Shown: positions 1 through 13,092, counted from the whole stretch's first letter. The stretch is 63,390 nucleotides of DNA, filler included, from Octopus bimaculoides (GCF_001194135.2; 9 parts of 8 records of this genome joined end to end with filler, not necessarily neighbours in it); one strand, 5' to 3'. Numbers and translations are program-made. Notes: a model not told the origin generated them from the letters alone.

Positions 1-253
1 TATGTACATATGTATGTATGTATGTATGTATAAAGGTATGTATGCATGTAGAAACGGATGAAAGAACGCTTCTGTACAGCTGCACTTTTATGCATCTCAT
101 TTCATACACTATCCGTGAAAATCGGTCAAAATGCCCTGTATTAATTGGGTACGTAGGTTCACATTGTCCTTAGACTTCGATCGTGGGCCGGTTAATATAT
201 ACGTACAGGTTTCAATCTCATTGACCTTTCACTCTAAGATAAAGTTAAGTACA

Positions 254-548
254 GGCGTGGCTGCGTGGTAAGAAGCTTGTTTCTCAACCACATGGTTTTG
301 GGTTCAGTCCCACTGCTTGGCACCTTGGGCAAGTGTCTTTTACTATAGCCTCGGGCCGGCCGACCAGAGCCTTGTGAGTGGATTTGGTAGACGGAAACTG
401 AAAGAAGCCCGTCACACACACATCGATGCAGGCGTGGCTGTGTGGTAAGTCATTTGCTCTCCATTCCACGTAGTTCCGGGTTCAATCCCACTGAGTGCTA
501 CTTTAGGGATGTTTCTTCTAATCTAACCTCAAGCCGACCAAAGCCTTG

Positions 549-549
<1 letters not shown>
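254..549 (+). mobile_element. Tandem pair of tRNA-derived CORE-like SINE heads (family A)
   Basis: Two copies start GGCGTGGCTG(C/T)GTGGTAAG (254, 431) with A-box and B-box-like GGTTCA(G/A)TCCC. The first carries ACCTTGGGCAAGTG, a MIR/CORE-like motif. Many homologous copies lie elsewhere in the window. Confidence 0.85.
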
Positions 550-590
<41 letters not shown>

Positions 591-1317
591 NNNNNNNNNN
601 NNNNNNNNNNNNNNNNNNNNNNNNNNNNNNNNNNNNNNNNNNNNNNNNNNNNNNNNNNNNNNNNNNNNNNNNNNNNNNNNNNNNNNNNNNNNNNNNNNNN
701 NNNNNNNNNNNNNNNNNNNNNNNNNNNNNNNNNNNNNNNNNNNNNNNNNNNNNNNNNNNNNNNNNNNNNNNNNNNNNNNNNNNNNNNNNNNNNNNNNNNN
801 NNNNNNNNNNNNNNNNNNNNNNNNNNNNNNNNNNNNNNNNNNNNNNNNNNNNNNNNNNNNNNNNNNNNNNNNNNNNNNNNNNNNNNNNNNNNNNNNNNNN
901 NNNNNNNNNNNNNNNNNNNNNNNNNNNNNNNNNNNNNNNNNNNNNNNNNNNNNNNNNNNNNNNNNNNNNNNNNNNNNNNNNNNNNNNNNNNNNNNNNNNN
1001 NNNNNNNNNNNNNNNNNNNNNNNNNNNNNNNNNNNNNNNNNNNNNNNNNNNNNNNNNNNNNNNNNNNNNNNNNNNNNNNNNNNNNNNNNNNNNNNNNNNN
1101 NNNNNNNNNNNNNNNNNNNNNNNNNNNNNNNNNNNNNNNNNNNNNNNNNNNNNNNNNNNNNNNNNNNNNNNNNNNNNNNNNNNNNNNNNNNNNNNNNNNN
1201 NNNNNNNNNNNNNNNNNNNNNNNNNNNNNNNNNNNNNNNNNNNNNNNNNNNNNNNNNNNNNNNNNNNNNNNNNNNNNNNNNNNNNNNNNNNNNNNNNNNN
1301 NNNNNNNNNNNNNNNNN

Positions 1318-1443
1318 GAAGAAGAAGAAGAAGAAGAAGAAGAAGAAGAAGAAGAAGAAGAAGAAGAAGAAGAAGAAGAAGAAGAAGAAGAAGAAGAAGA
1401 CGACGACGACGACAACGACGACGACGACGACAACGACGACGAC

Positions 1444-1489
<46 letters not shown>

Positions 1490-1499
1490 TCGATGATGA
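1318..1499 (+). repeat. Compound trinucleotide microsatellite (GAA)n-(GAC)n-(GAT)n
   Basis: Read directly; abuts an N-gap. Confidence 0.95.
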
Positions 1500-2024
1500 A
1501 AGGATAGAAATAATGGACTAACATTGACCAACACAACAACAATGACGACAGCAACACAAAAACAAGGATGAAGGAATATTTTTGAAGCCCTTCAGGATTA
1601 CTGAAATTGTTTGAAATAACAGCGAAAACTCTTGTAAATGACACCCAACTGTTTAGCAAAGGGAAAGAGCGCATTAAAAAAATGTAGTCCAGGATACATT
1701 ATCCCCAACCAAAAGAGAAAAAAAAAAGACAAACGAAAAAAAAAGAGTAGGTGGTTACGATTGGAAAAACCATTGGTTATAGGTTTTGTTCGATCAAAAG
1801 CGATCTAAGATGAGAGAAGCTGAACACTAGCATGATGATGATGGCCATTTTTCCTCCGCTTCTTTCTCGAACTTTCTCGATGAGCATAAAAGGTGTCTGC
1901 AACGTGCTTCCGGTACTGTCAGCTATTGTCAAAACATTGGAGACACACTGTCTGACTGGTGTGTTAAAAAAAAATGGTGAAGGCGGCAGAAATTGGAAAC
2001 GATTTTAGCCTCAATATGTTTGTC

Positions 2025-2087
<63 letters not shown>

Positions 2088-2964
2088 NNNNNNNNNNNNN
2101 NNNNNNNNNNNNNNNNNNNNNNNNNNNNNNNNNNNNNNNNNNNNNNNNNNNNNNNNNNNNNNNNNNNNNNNNNNNNNNNNNNNNNNNNNNNNNNNNNNNN
2201 NNNNNNNNNNNNNNNNNNNNNNNNNNNNNNNNNNNNNNNNNNNNNNNNNNNNNNNNNNNNNNNNNNNNNNNNNNNNNNNNNNNNNNNNNNNNNNNNNNNN
2301 NNNNNNNNNNNNNNNNNNNNNNNNNNNNNNNNNNNNNNNNNNNNNNNNNNNNNNNNNNNNNNNNNNNNNNNNNNNNNNNNNNNNNNNNNNNNNNNNNNNN
2401 NNNNNNNNNNNNNNNNNNNNNNNNNNNNNNNNNNNNNNNNNNNNNNNNNNNNNNNNNNNNNNNNNNNNNNNNNNNNNNNNNNNNNNNNNNNNNNNNNNNN
2501 NNNNNNNNNNNNNNNNNNNNNNNNNNNNNNNNNNNNNNNNNNNNNNNNNNNNNNNNNNNNNNNNNNNNNNNNNNNNNNNNNNNNNNNNNNNNNNNNNNNN
2601 NNNNNNNNNNNNNNNNNNNNNNNNNNNNNNNNNNNNNNNNNNNNNNNNNNNNNNNNNNNNNNNNNNNNNNNNNNNNNNNNNNNNNNNNNNNNNNNNNNNN
2701 NNNNNNNNNNNNNNNNNNNNNNNNNNNNNNNNNNNNNNNNNNNNNNNNNNNNNNNNNNNNNNNNNNNNNNNNNNNNNNNNNNNNNNNNNNNNNNNNNNNN
2801 NNNNNNNNNNNNNNNNNNNNNNNNNNNNNNNNNNNNNNNNNNNNNNNNNNNNNNNNNNNNNNNNNNNNNNNNNNNNNNNNNNNNNNNNNNNNNNNNNNNN
2901 NNNNNNNNATATATATATATAAATGTGTGTGTGTGTGTGTGTATATAGATAGATATATATATAG

Positions 2965-3006
<42 letters not shown>

Positions 3007-3110
3007 CACACATGCATATATACACACATGTATGTGTGTGTGTTGTTCTGAATGTAGCTATCTCTGTATTTATGTGTATGTATATTTTAATGAATATTTA
3101 TACAGACACG

Positions 3111-3156
<46 letters not shown>

Positions 3157-3541
3157 GGTTTGTGTGTGTGTGTGTGTGTAAAGAAAATGTGTTGATAGAG
3201 CAGTAAAAGGGTGAAATAGAAAATGGCGGCGCTGGTGTTAATTGGGTTGGAGATGACAGAAGGGAGGAGAGGGGAGAATAGCTATGAGTGTTTATAAGTA
3301 GCATAAGTTTTCGTGGATTTTTCAGAGAGAAAACAAGCAATAACCTTGAAGAGTTGTTTAGCAGAGGAGATGAAAAGATGAAAGCGATAGAAAGAAGGTT
3401 AGTGATGGTGGTGGTGGAATAACAACAATAACGAACAACAAATCACCTCCAATCGCCATGATGTGATCACGTGATGTCTCACTCGCTTACCCTCTACCTC
3501 ACGCTCGTTTTGCATCTTCCATTCTTCTTTCGCATATCTAT

Positions 3542-3550
3542 CTATGTTCG

Positions 3551-3589
<39 letters not shown>

Positions 3590-3602
3590 GTGTATCTGTC
3601 TG

Positions 3603-3653
<51 letters not shown>

Positions 3654-3665
3654 GTCTGTCTATCT
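3542..3665 (+). repeat. (TCTA)n/(TCTG)n tetranucleotide microsatellite
   Basis: Read directly. Similar tracts at about 5778-5842, 6814-6918 and (GATA)n at 42821-42892. Confidence 0.95.
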
Positions 3666-3984
3666 CACTCCCTTTTCATTCGCTGTCCTTCACCTTGCTT
3701 TATTCGCGGTCATTTCTAAATGAAGACTGGTGGCTGGTGAGAATTTGAATGGGTGTGGTGTTTGCCGTGTGGTTGGTGGTTGGTGATTACGTGAGAGGAT
3801 GTGGGGTGGGCGAGGAGATTATGGGGGTGGGGTGATTGCGGTTAAGGTGATGAAAGTGGGCTGGTAGTTGTGTTTGTAGTGGTGGTGGTGGTGGTGGTGG
3901 TAGTAAGATTCTCTCGTTGGCTCATTGCTGTTGTTATTCAGTTATTTAGCTCCAGAGAATGTTGACCACATAGCAGCTCCTTGC

Positions 3985-3989
3985 GATGG

Positions 3990-4036
<47 letters not shown>

Positions 4037-4250
4037 GTAGTGGTAGTGGTGGTGGTGACCATGATGATGATAATGATGTTGATGATAATGAAGATGATGA
4101 TGATGATGAAGACAATGATGACGATGACGATGATAATGATGATGATGATGACAATGATGATGGTAACGATGGTGATAACAATGATGATGATGGTGAGGCG
4201 GTGATGACTACTAAAACGATCACGACCTATGACGACGACGATGACGATAG
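3985..4250 (+). repeat. Imperfect (GAT/GAC/GGT)n low-complexity tract
   Basis: Read directly; explains the poly-Asp, poly-Met and poly-Ser ORFs. Confidence 0.9.
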
Positions 4251-4455
4251 TTCAAAGGTCAGCCTTGATCGTACAGAAGTATGTCCAAAGACATTCAGAA
4301 GGGAACACAGGTCCCACGACTCCATACTGAACCCTAAAGACCGGTGGGGTCGATTTATTCGGTTAAACATTTCAAGTTGGTAACCCAATATGGCCGCAAT
4401 CCAATGCCTGAAACAATTTAAAATGGAGGAAATTCATGCAGTATGAGAAACACTT

Positions 4456-4693
4456 TTTCTTATTTCTTTACTGCCCACAAGGGGCTAAACATAGAGGGGA
4501 CAAACAAGGACAGACAAACGGATTAAGTCGATTATATCGACCCCAGTGCGCAACTGGTACTTATTTAATCCACCCCGAAAGGATGAAAGGCAAAGTCGAC
4601 CTCGACGGAATTTTAACCCAGAACGTAGCGGCAGACGAAATACCGCTAAGCATTTCGCCCGGCGTGCTAACGTTTCTGCCAGCTCGCCGCCTT
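4456..4693 (-). mobile_element. Full-length tRNA-derived SINE (family B, AAGAAATAAGAAA tail)
   Basis: Minus strand reads AAGGCGGCGAGCTGGCAGAAACGTTAGC...GTCGACTTTGCCTTTCATCCTTTCGGGG...GTAAAGAAATAAGAAA. Homologous to 9319-9554 and 15105-15315. Confidence 0.9.
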
Positions 4694-4719
4694 TATGAGA
4701 AACACTTTTTCTTATTTCT

Positions 4720-4819
4720 NNNNNNNNNNNNNNNNNNNNNNNNNNNNNNNNNNNNNNNNNNNNTTAATTAATTAANNNNNNNNNNNNNNNNNNNNNNNNN
4801 NNNNNNNNNNNNNNNNNNN
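4720..4819. other. Assembly gap spacer N44-TTAATTAATTAA-N44 (8 copies in window)
   Basis: Identical 100-bp cassettes with the 12-mer at 4764, 7891, 18499, 22576, 33193, 42745, 54246 and 62323. Confidence 0.95.
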
Positions 4820-5310
4820 CTAAAGAATCAAAGAGATTCAGAAATATTATCTGCAATCTCAGGGAATTAAGGTACATGCTGCTATATTTCATGTTGAGAA
4901 CAATTTAGGTCTTAATAGACACAAGATGTGATCTATTTCTAGCGCATTAATTGTCCACGTTAGTGGTCGACGTTATTTTTTTAAATGGCCGCAGTCAAAT
5001 GACTGAAACAAGTAAAAGAAAAAAAAAGACTACGGTGATCTTCATCACAGTTTCAGTCTATCAGATTTCACTCAGACGGCTTTCGTTAGAGAATCAGATG
5101 GCTTTTGGTTATTCAGTGACAGAAGGAGGAATAACGTGGAGAAAGGCACTTTTGATTCTTTAGCCAAAATATATCATATTTCCCTAAAAATACCTTATAT
5201 AAAACCTGCAAACCTGTAAAACTTCTAGAATAATTGAATAAAAGATGGGTGTCACACGAGTGTCATATAAATGAGTCTAACAGGTTTTTTTTGTGCTGCT
5301 GCTGTTACTA

Positions 5311-5552
5311 TTGTTGTTGTTGTTGTTGTTGTTGTTCTTCTTCTTCTTCTTCTTCTTCTTCTTCTTCTTCTTCTTCTTCTTCTTCTACGTCAACCAGTTG
5401 ACATCGACATGTGGCGGGGGCATCCTTGTTTTTGTTGGGGTAGTAGTAGTAGAAGAAGAAGAAGAAGAAGAAGAAGAAGAAGAAGAAGAAGAAGAAGAAG
5501 AAGAAGAAGAAGAAGAAGAAGAAGAAAGGAAGTAGGTGGTGGTGGTGGTGGT
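5311..5552. repeat. (GTT)n(CTT)16 ... (GTA)n(AAG)24(GGT)n microsatellite pair in inverted orientation
   Basis: Read directly. Confidence 0.9.
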
Positions 5553-5776
5553 GGGAAGAGGAGGAGGAAGCGTGGGAGGTTAAGAATTTTCACCACAACC
5601 TCTAACAGAGCTGTTTACTCCAACTGCCACAACTGCTGCCACTGAGACCACCGCCATCACCACCTGTATATCTACACTCCCAAATGTACAAAGCAGTCCA
5701 GGTGTTAATTGGTGCCGTTATACAGAATACTAAATAAACACACTCAAACGCTCACACACACTAATATTTGTATTAA

Positions 5777-5842
<66 letters not shown>

Positions 5843-6813
5843 GCCACGTGTATGTGAGTGAATGTTCGTGTGTGTGTGTGTGTGTGCATGTGTATTTATG
5901 CATGTTTGTGGGTGTATACACACGCTCATTTACCCACGTACATACCTCTATGTGTGTGTATACGTGTGTTTGCGTATGTGTATGTGTGTGCGCGCGCGCG
6001 TATCGTAGTGCACGCGCGCGAGTGTTAGAAAATCGGTTTCAAACAGGTTTCGCAACGCTCTACTCTTGTATTTAAACAGCAGACTTAAGAAAGATAGGAA
6101 TGGTTAACCACATATCACAGATGTTATTGTTTAACCTCCAGATCAGCAACTGAACGAGTAAACTTTTATAATCAAAGCATTTCAACAACTACCATTCATT
6201 TCGAATTCAAACAGGATAATGTTATAGAAGCGCTATTTAACCTTCATTTTCAAAGATAACAGGCTGTAATTTGATGAAGATTTGGTTGCTATTTCTCGCA
6301 GACCGAGCGACCGTATGTAGGCTCTCCAAAAGTTTTTTTTCTGCAGATATGCGGTGGAAGCAGGGTTGAAAAAGAAAACAGAGAACGATTGAAATCAGTT
6401 TTAAGCCCTAAAAAGTAAATTACTATTTGATTCCTAAGCTGATACCTTCAGCGCTACCTATTTATAACTCCTATCCTAAATTGGGAAAGGATACATTGAA
6501 AAAAATGTCCTTCTGAGTTTAAATCCCGCATAAGTCATTTTCTCAGGGCGATCACATATAGTACCGATCCAGTTGGCTCATCGGAGATGCTTTGGTTTGG
6601 AGCCATTTCGATTCATTGTATTCAGAATTCAAATTGCATCTCGGAAAAAAGGGCCGGGCGCGACCCAGTAGAAGACAGTGACAGAGACAAGAAGTCTTTA
6701 AGCAAGTGCTTAAGTATTTCAGCTGACTGTTTCCCATGCCTGCCCACTAGCTGAGCTAGTAGGAAAGGTAGCAAGAGAACTTACAAGTCTTGTGCATTCA
6801 ACAACGAACGACG

Positions 6814-6865
<52 letters not shown>

Positions 6866-6870
6866 GTCTA

Positions 6871-6909
<39 letters not shown>

Positions 6910-7126
6910 GCCTGTCTGNNNNNNNNNNNNNNNNNNNNNNNNNNNNNNNNNNNNNNNNNNNNNNNNNNNNNNNNNNNNNNNNNNNNNNNNNNNNNNNNNN
7001 NNNNNNNNNNNNNNNNNNNNNNNNNNNNNNNNNNNNNNNNNNNNNNNNNNNNNNNNNNNNNNNNNNNNNNNNNNNNNNNNNNNNNNNNNNNNNNNNNNNN
7101 NNNNNNNNNNNNNNNNNNNNNNNNNN

Positions 7127-7185
<59 letters not shown>

Positions 7186-7815
7186 ATACTCGCTGTTCCC
7201 CATGTAAATATCGATTTATCTGATACGAGGGTTGGCAGACATCGGCACGGATCAACAAACAGTTTGTTCGTTGAAATTATAATGAAGAGCAATGGCTCTT
7301 GTTAGATTCATCGGATCGGATACTTCTGGGTTATAAATCCAGCTATCTGAGTCAATGAATCCCTGAAGGTTAGCAAACTGCACATTCACCTTCATAATGC
7401 CAAGAAACTGTATAAACATCGTAAACAACTTTTGCTATATTTGCAGTGACTTAACATCCAAGTCACTAAGACGGCGTTTCACGCTATTGATTACGTCCGG
7501 CAAAGACATGGGTGAAGTGAAACACACACAGCATACGGTTGTCTTGGTAACAAGCTGCTAATGCCGCGCTGTCTGTTGATTGGCTTAAATTACCCAAATT
7601 TCCCAACTTTAATTCCAAATAACATCAGATTCTTTAATTTACGAGATAAAGTAATTGGTTGATCGAAATCAAAATTCAGAGATGCATCGATACACCAAAA
7701 TTGAAAGCAATTAAAGGGGTTCATTTTGCTAATGAGACTGACTAGATCCTTGGTATATGCCGGAGCGTATATGCAGGTTATCGTTTTGAATCACGATGTT
7801 CACTGGACAAATGAC

Positions 7816-7846
<31 letters not shown>

Positions 7847-7946
7847 NNNNNNNNNNNNNNNNNNNNNNNNNNNNNNNNNNNNNNNNNNNNTTAATTAATT
7901 AANNNNNNNNNNNNNNNNNNNNNNNNNNNNNNNNNNNNNNNNNNNN

Positions 7947-8190
7947 GCTTGTGTGGGTGGCACATAAAAGACACCATTTCGAGCGTGGCCGTTTTCTTGC
8001 GGGTGACACGTAAAAGCACCCACTACACACTCTGAGTGGTTGGCGTTAGGAAGGGCATCCAGCTGTAGAAACTCTGCCAAATTAGATTGGAGCCTGGTGT
8101 TGCCATCCGGTTTCACCAGTCCTCAGTCAAATCGTCCAACCCATGCTAGCATGGAAAGCGGACGTTAAACGATGATGATGATGATGATGA
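7947..8190 (+). mobile_element. Family C repeat (SINE or RTE-like LINE 3' tail) ending in (GAT)n
   Basis: Contains GGCGTTAGGAAGGGCATCCAGC and ends AACCCATGCTAGCATGGAAAGCGGACGTTAAAC(GAT)n. Same tail at about 14960-15068, 18196-18280 and 29140-29636. Confidence 0.85.
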
Positions 8191-8865
8191 TATACACATT
8201 GACTTATATACTCTGTTTTTCTTGTATTCCAGCTTGCTACAACAAACAGTTCGGACCAAAGGGCTATGGTTATGGCGCTGCTCTTGTGAGAACGACATAA
8301 ACAGAGAAATCTCTTTTGAATAATTATTATAAGTGCATTAACTGCTATTTCTACACAGCACGGGACCAGCAACAAGTGATAGTACCATGCACACACAAAC
8401 GCACACACTGTATTAATCTTAAAATGGACACTGTATGAAATACATATAGCCAAATATTTGCCATTCTTTCTCCTTCCTTAGATGTAGCAATAGTTTATTA
8501 TAGATCTTAGAAGAAATACTAAATAAATTCTTGGCAGTTAACCTCTACATGTAACCCCTGTCTTAGACCCTCTTATACACATCAAGGGACCAAACAATAG
8601 TGTTAGAAGCACATATATATCTTTTTTTGTATTTTTAGGTGGGTCATGTTGCTAATTGAATACACACGTTGGCTGTATTTCACTTCAGTTTTATTATCTT
8701 TGTCAAATGTTTTGCTTATTTACTCACATTCCTTTGAATTAATCATGCACTATCTTGGTGTGATTGTTCAGATGATATTGTAGGGAAGGTGTGATAGGCT
8801 GGATCTGACCAGTTTGAGCATAAAACATGTAGAATATTAGAACTGGATGTAGCCGGTTTAAATAT

Positions 8866-9285
8866 TATGGCAGCAAGCTTACAGAATCATTACCATGCAG
8901 GACAAAATGTTTAGTAGCTTTTCTTCCAGTGCTTCATGTTCTGAGTTCAAATGCCACCAAAGTCAGCTTTGCCTATCATTCTTTCAGGGTCGATAAATTA
9001 AGTACCAGTGGAGTAGTGGGGTCAATGTAATTGGTTCATCCCCTCCCCCAAAATTGCTGCCCTTGTGACAGAATTTGAAACTATTATTATTAAGGCGACG
9101 AGCTGGCAGAATCGTTAGCGCACTGAACGAAATATTTAGCGGTATTTCGCCTGTCGCTAACGAAGGTCGACTTTGCCTTTCATCCTTTTGGGGTCGATAA
9201 ATTAAGTACCAGTGAAACACTGGGGTCATGTAATCAACCAGTCCCCTCCCCACAAATCTGAGGCCTTGTGGCTCCAGTAGAAAGG

Positions 9286-9320
<35 letters not shown>

Positions 9321-9634
9321 GGTGGCAAACTGGTAGAATCGTTGACATCCCTAGCAAATGCTTAGTGGCATTTCATCTGTCTTCAAATTGTGAGTTCAAA
9401 TTCTGCTGCAGTTGACTTTGCCTTTCATCCTTTCGGGGTCGATAAATTAAGTACCAGTTACACACTGGGGGTCGATGTAATCGACTTAATCCATTTGTCT
9501 GTCCTTGTTTGTCCCCTCTGTTTAGCCCCTTGTGGGCAATAAAGAAATAAGAAATGTTACCCCGCTGGGCGAAATGCTTAATGGCATTGCTTATGACTCT
9601 TTGTGCTGAGTTCAAATGCTGCCGAGGTGGACTT
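8866..9634 (+). mobile_element. Head-to-tail array of about 4 family B SINEs
   Basis: The central domain (GCCTTTCATCCTTT..GGGTCGATAAATTAAGTACCAG and variants) recurs three times. Heads at about 8866, 9092, 9319 and 9549; (TTA)n tails separate copies 1-3. Confidence 0.85.
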
Positions 9635-10159
9635 ATAAGTTCCAGATGAGCATGAGGGCCAGTGTAATCAATCTCCCTTGCTCTGCTTCCCTCAGAACTG
9701 CCAGCCCTGTACCAGGATTCACAAGCATTATTTATGAACTCTGCAACTTTATTGGTAATGATGAAATCCCATTCCCATGCTGCTTGTAGATTCTTCATGC
9801 TGTCACCCACTGCTTGTGCTTAAGGACCCAGGAACAAGCGAAGAGTATTTGTGTGTCCTGAGAAAGAAAGGTTTACCTCGTTGTTGATAAAGTTAATAAT
9901 CGTAATGAGAGGACTCTGGGACACCAATCAGAGTGATTTATGGATTAAATTATTAGATAAGTAAATATCTAAATGAATGGTAATAAAAAAATTGAAGTGA
10001 AATACAGTCAGTGTGTGTGTGAGAGAGAGAGATTTAGTTAGCAGCATGATCCTCCCAAAGTACAATATTTCTTTTTGCACATGATTTCACATCAAAAATC
10101 TCATGAAACAAGTATGTACATGTTTGTATATCTATGTGTACACATGAATAAAAATACAA

Positions 10160-10242
<83 letters not shown>

Positions 10243-11417
10243 TACCAGCACATACATACAAATACATTATTTATATCTGCAAAAAAAATTATATACATAC
10301 ACACACACACATACACAGATGTGTAGAAGTCAGTATCTACTTACACACCTATGTGTGCACTCACATTTATGTACACATAGAGAGATGTGTAGACATACAC
10401 ACACACGCACATACAGACACATTATTACTATGTATTTAGTCTAACCAAAATGATTTCTTTAGACTTAACCCAAACCACACACAAACACATACATTTGTAG
10501 TTATATTTTAATATCTCATGCTGCCTGCCTTTTAGTTGTACTCTTTCTTTGCTTCCCATTTCCGAAACTGATACAAGCAATAAATAATAGATAGACCAAC
10601 AGACCATCTTGATAATGGAGCCCCAGTTGTATTCGATTGCAAACCTTAGCAATCTGTGCTCAATCCCCACCGAGTTCAATTTTGCCTTTCATCTACCCCA
10701 AGAGTTAGTTACACAGTCGAGTCCCAGTGGAATACTGGCACTCATTATCGTCTCCCGGATTTTAAGGGTTTGTTCGGAATCCTTCAGTTCCCAGCCAAAG
10801 AACATTCTTACGGTATTTTCCAGAATGCAAGTCGAATTTATAAATGACAAGGACGTTTTTTTTGGCATACAAGTTGACATTTTCAGATCAAAGTTTACAG
10901 CCCGGAAAGGAAGGAGGTAGGTTTATATATGCCAAGACAACTTCAGTGGACCAACAATTCCATGTGAAATGAAGCAGGATTTCGTAGGATAATGGCTGTT
11001 TGAACGTCGACTTGTGTACTGGAAAATGCTGTAGTTAATCTCTGAACAAACCAGTTCTTGTTGCAATTTTTTGCCAACTGGATTTTTTCTTTGAGTTAAA
11101 ACATGGCTAGGAATTTCAGCTGAATCTGGCATTTATTTCAATCTACGTTTTGGCCAGAATTTTGGCTGTGTATACATATGTATGTATATGTATGTGTATG
11201 GAGAATGCGTGTTAAATGATGATGATTGTGTATAAATTAATGTGCATGTGTATATACTTGCGTGCATGCATGTATGTATATCTGACTTTTTTTTTTTCCT
11301 AGAATTCCTGGATAAAAGGAACTGCTTTAAAATAAAGAAAAAGTTGTGTATATATGTGTGTATATATGTACATGTATGTATGTGTTTTACATGTTTGTAT
11401 GTAAGTGTGTGTGTATG

Positions 11418-11477
<60 letters not shown>

Positions 11478-12099
11478 AGCATGAATGTAATGTGTATATT
11501 ATGTGTGCTTGTATTTGTACATATATGTATATTGTGTGCATATAAATTTATATATATACACACACACACACAGATATATATTTGTACATGTGTGTATCTT
11601 GTGTATATATATATATGTTTGTATGTATATAAGAAATAGGTACCCTGCATCCCTGTGTGTCATAACAGGTAACTAAAGTAGGGGTTGGCATCTGATTGGG
11701 CATCCAGCCATAAAATGCTGCCTTATAATGACCCACCTAACCCATGCTAGCTTCGAAAATTGGATGTAAAAACAATGAAAGTACTCCCGTAATTAACCCC
11801 CTCCACACACAACTATTTGTAACAAATTCTTCCTAACAATTTATTGGCCATTTTTTAATTAATAAAATTTATTTCTTTTTCACTTAAGATGTTTTGTGCC
11901 TTTTCTTTATTTTTTATTTGTTTCAGCCAATGGACAGTGGCCATGCTGGGGCACAGCCCTGAAGAGTTTAGTTCAGTGAGTGGTTCTCAACTATGTTTGA
12001 CCTATGGACCCTTTCGGTTCCTATTTTACTCAGGGGGTGGGACCCTCGTAGCCAGTCAATATCTAAAAACTCATATTTTTGTAATCAAATATTATTGGG

Positions 12100-12545
12100 T
12101 AATCTTTTACTTATTTCAGTCATTTGACTGCAGCCATGCTGGAGCACCACTGCCTTGATGGGTTTCAGTTGAAAAAATCAACCCAAGGACATTTTTGTTT
12201 TTTTTTAAGCCTCTTTTGCCAAACTGTTAAGTTATGAGGATGTAAACACACCAACATCGGTTGTCAAGTGATGGCGGTGGGCCGGGACAAATAGACATAA
12301 ACAAACATACAAATGTATACATATACTCTTTTACTTGTTTCAGTCATTTGACTGCGGGCATGCTAGAGTACCACCTTTAGTCTAATAAATTGACCCCAGG
12401 ACTTATTCTTTGTAAGCCTAGTACTTATTCTATCGGTCTCTTTTTGCCAAACCGCTAAGTGACAAGGACGTAAACACACCAACATTGGTTTTCAAGTGAC
12501 AGTGGTGGTGGTGGTGGTGGGGGGGAACAACACATATACAAACAC

Positions 12546-12620
<75 letters not shown>

Positions 12621-12893
12621 AGCTTCTTTCAGTTTCCATTTACCAAATCCACTCAAGGCTTTGGTTGGCTTGCGGCTATAATATAAAACACTTGCCCAAG
12701 TGGGACTGAACTTGGAACCATGTGGTTGGGAAGGGAGAGCTTCTTTCAGTTTCAGTCTACCAAATCCACCCACAAGGCTATTGGCTCAAGGCTATAGATG
12801 ACACTTCCCCAAGGTGCCATGCAAGTGGGACTGAACCCGGAACCATGTGGCTGGGAAACAAGCTTACTATCAAGCGGCCATGCCTGTACCTGC
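12100..12893 (-). mobile_element. Cluster of family A SINEs (tail fragment, full copy with internal (TA)n, extra head)
   Basis: Reverse complement matches 254-413 and 26317-26790, e.g. CAGTCATTTGACTGC, CCAAATCCAC, GGGACTGAACCCGGAACCATGTGG. Confidence 0.85.
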
Positions 12894-13092
12894 ATAAAAT
12901 AAATGTTTAACAATAAGGTCTTATATGGACCCTAGTTGAGAACCCTTAGTTTAAACAAAGAAATTGAGTCTGGTACTTAGGCTTTTCCTTTTTTAGTCTA
13001 TTACTTATCTTCTAAGTTGTAGGGACATAAACAAACCAACACCAGTTATCAAATAGTTGTGGGAACAAACACACACACACACACATACATAC

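Noticed and set aside
442-3029. ORFs of 300-460 aa here and at 19.8, 37.5, 48, 52.4 and 56 kb
   Set aside because: Composed of N-gap X residues and dinucleotide repeats.
3925-4383. 152-aa Asp-rich ORF resembling an acidic biomineral protein
   Set aside because: All three frames and the opposite strand give homopolymers, and the 3' part is a degraded SINE tail. It is a microsatellite.
4764-4775. Recurrent palindrome TTAATTAATTAA (8 copies) resembling a regularly spaced motif or CRISPR-like repeat
   Set aside because: Always centred in an N44-12-N44 cassette and has stops in all six frames; it is a scaffolding artefact, not biology.
7265-7515. Minus-strand near-ORF of about 85 codons with one stop (MSLPDVINSVKRRL..*QKLFTMF..)
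   Set aside because: No recognisable domain or good splice sites; within chance expectation.
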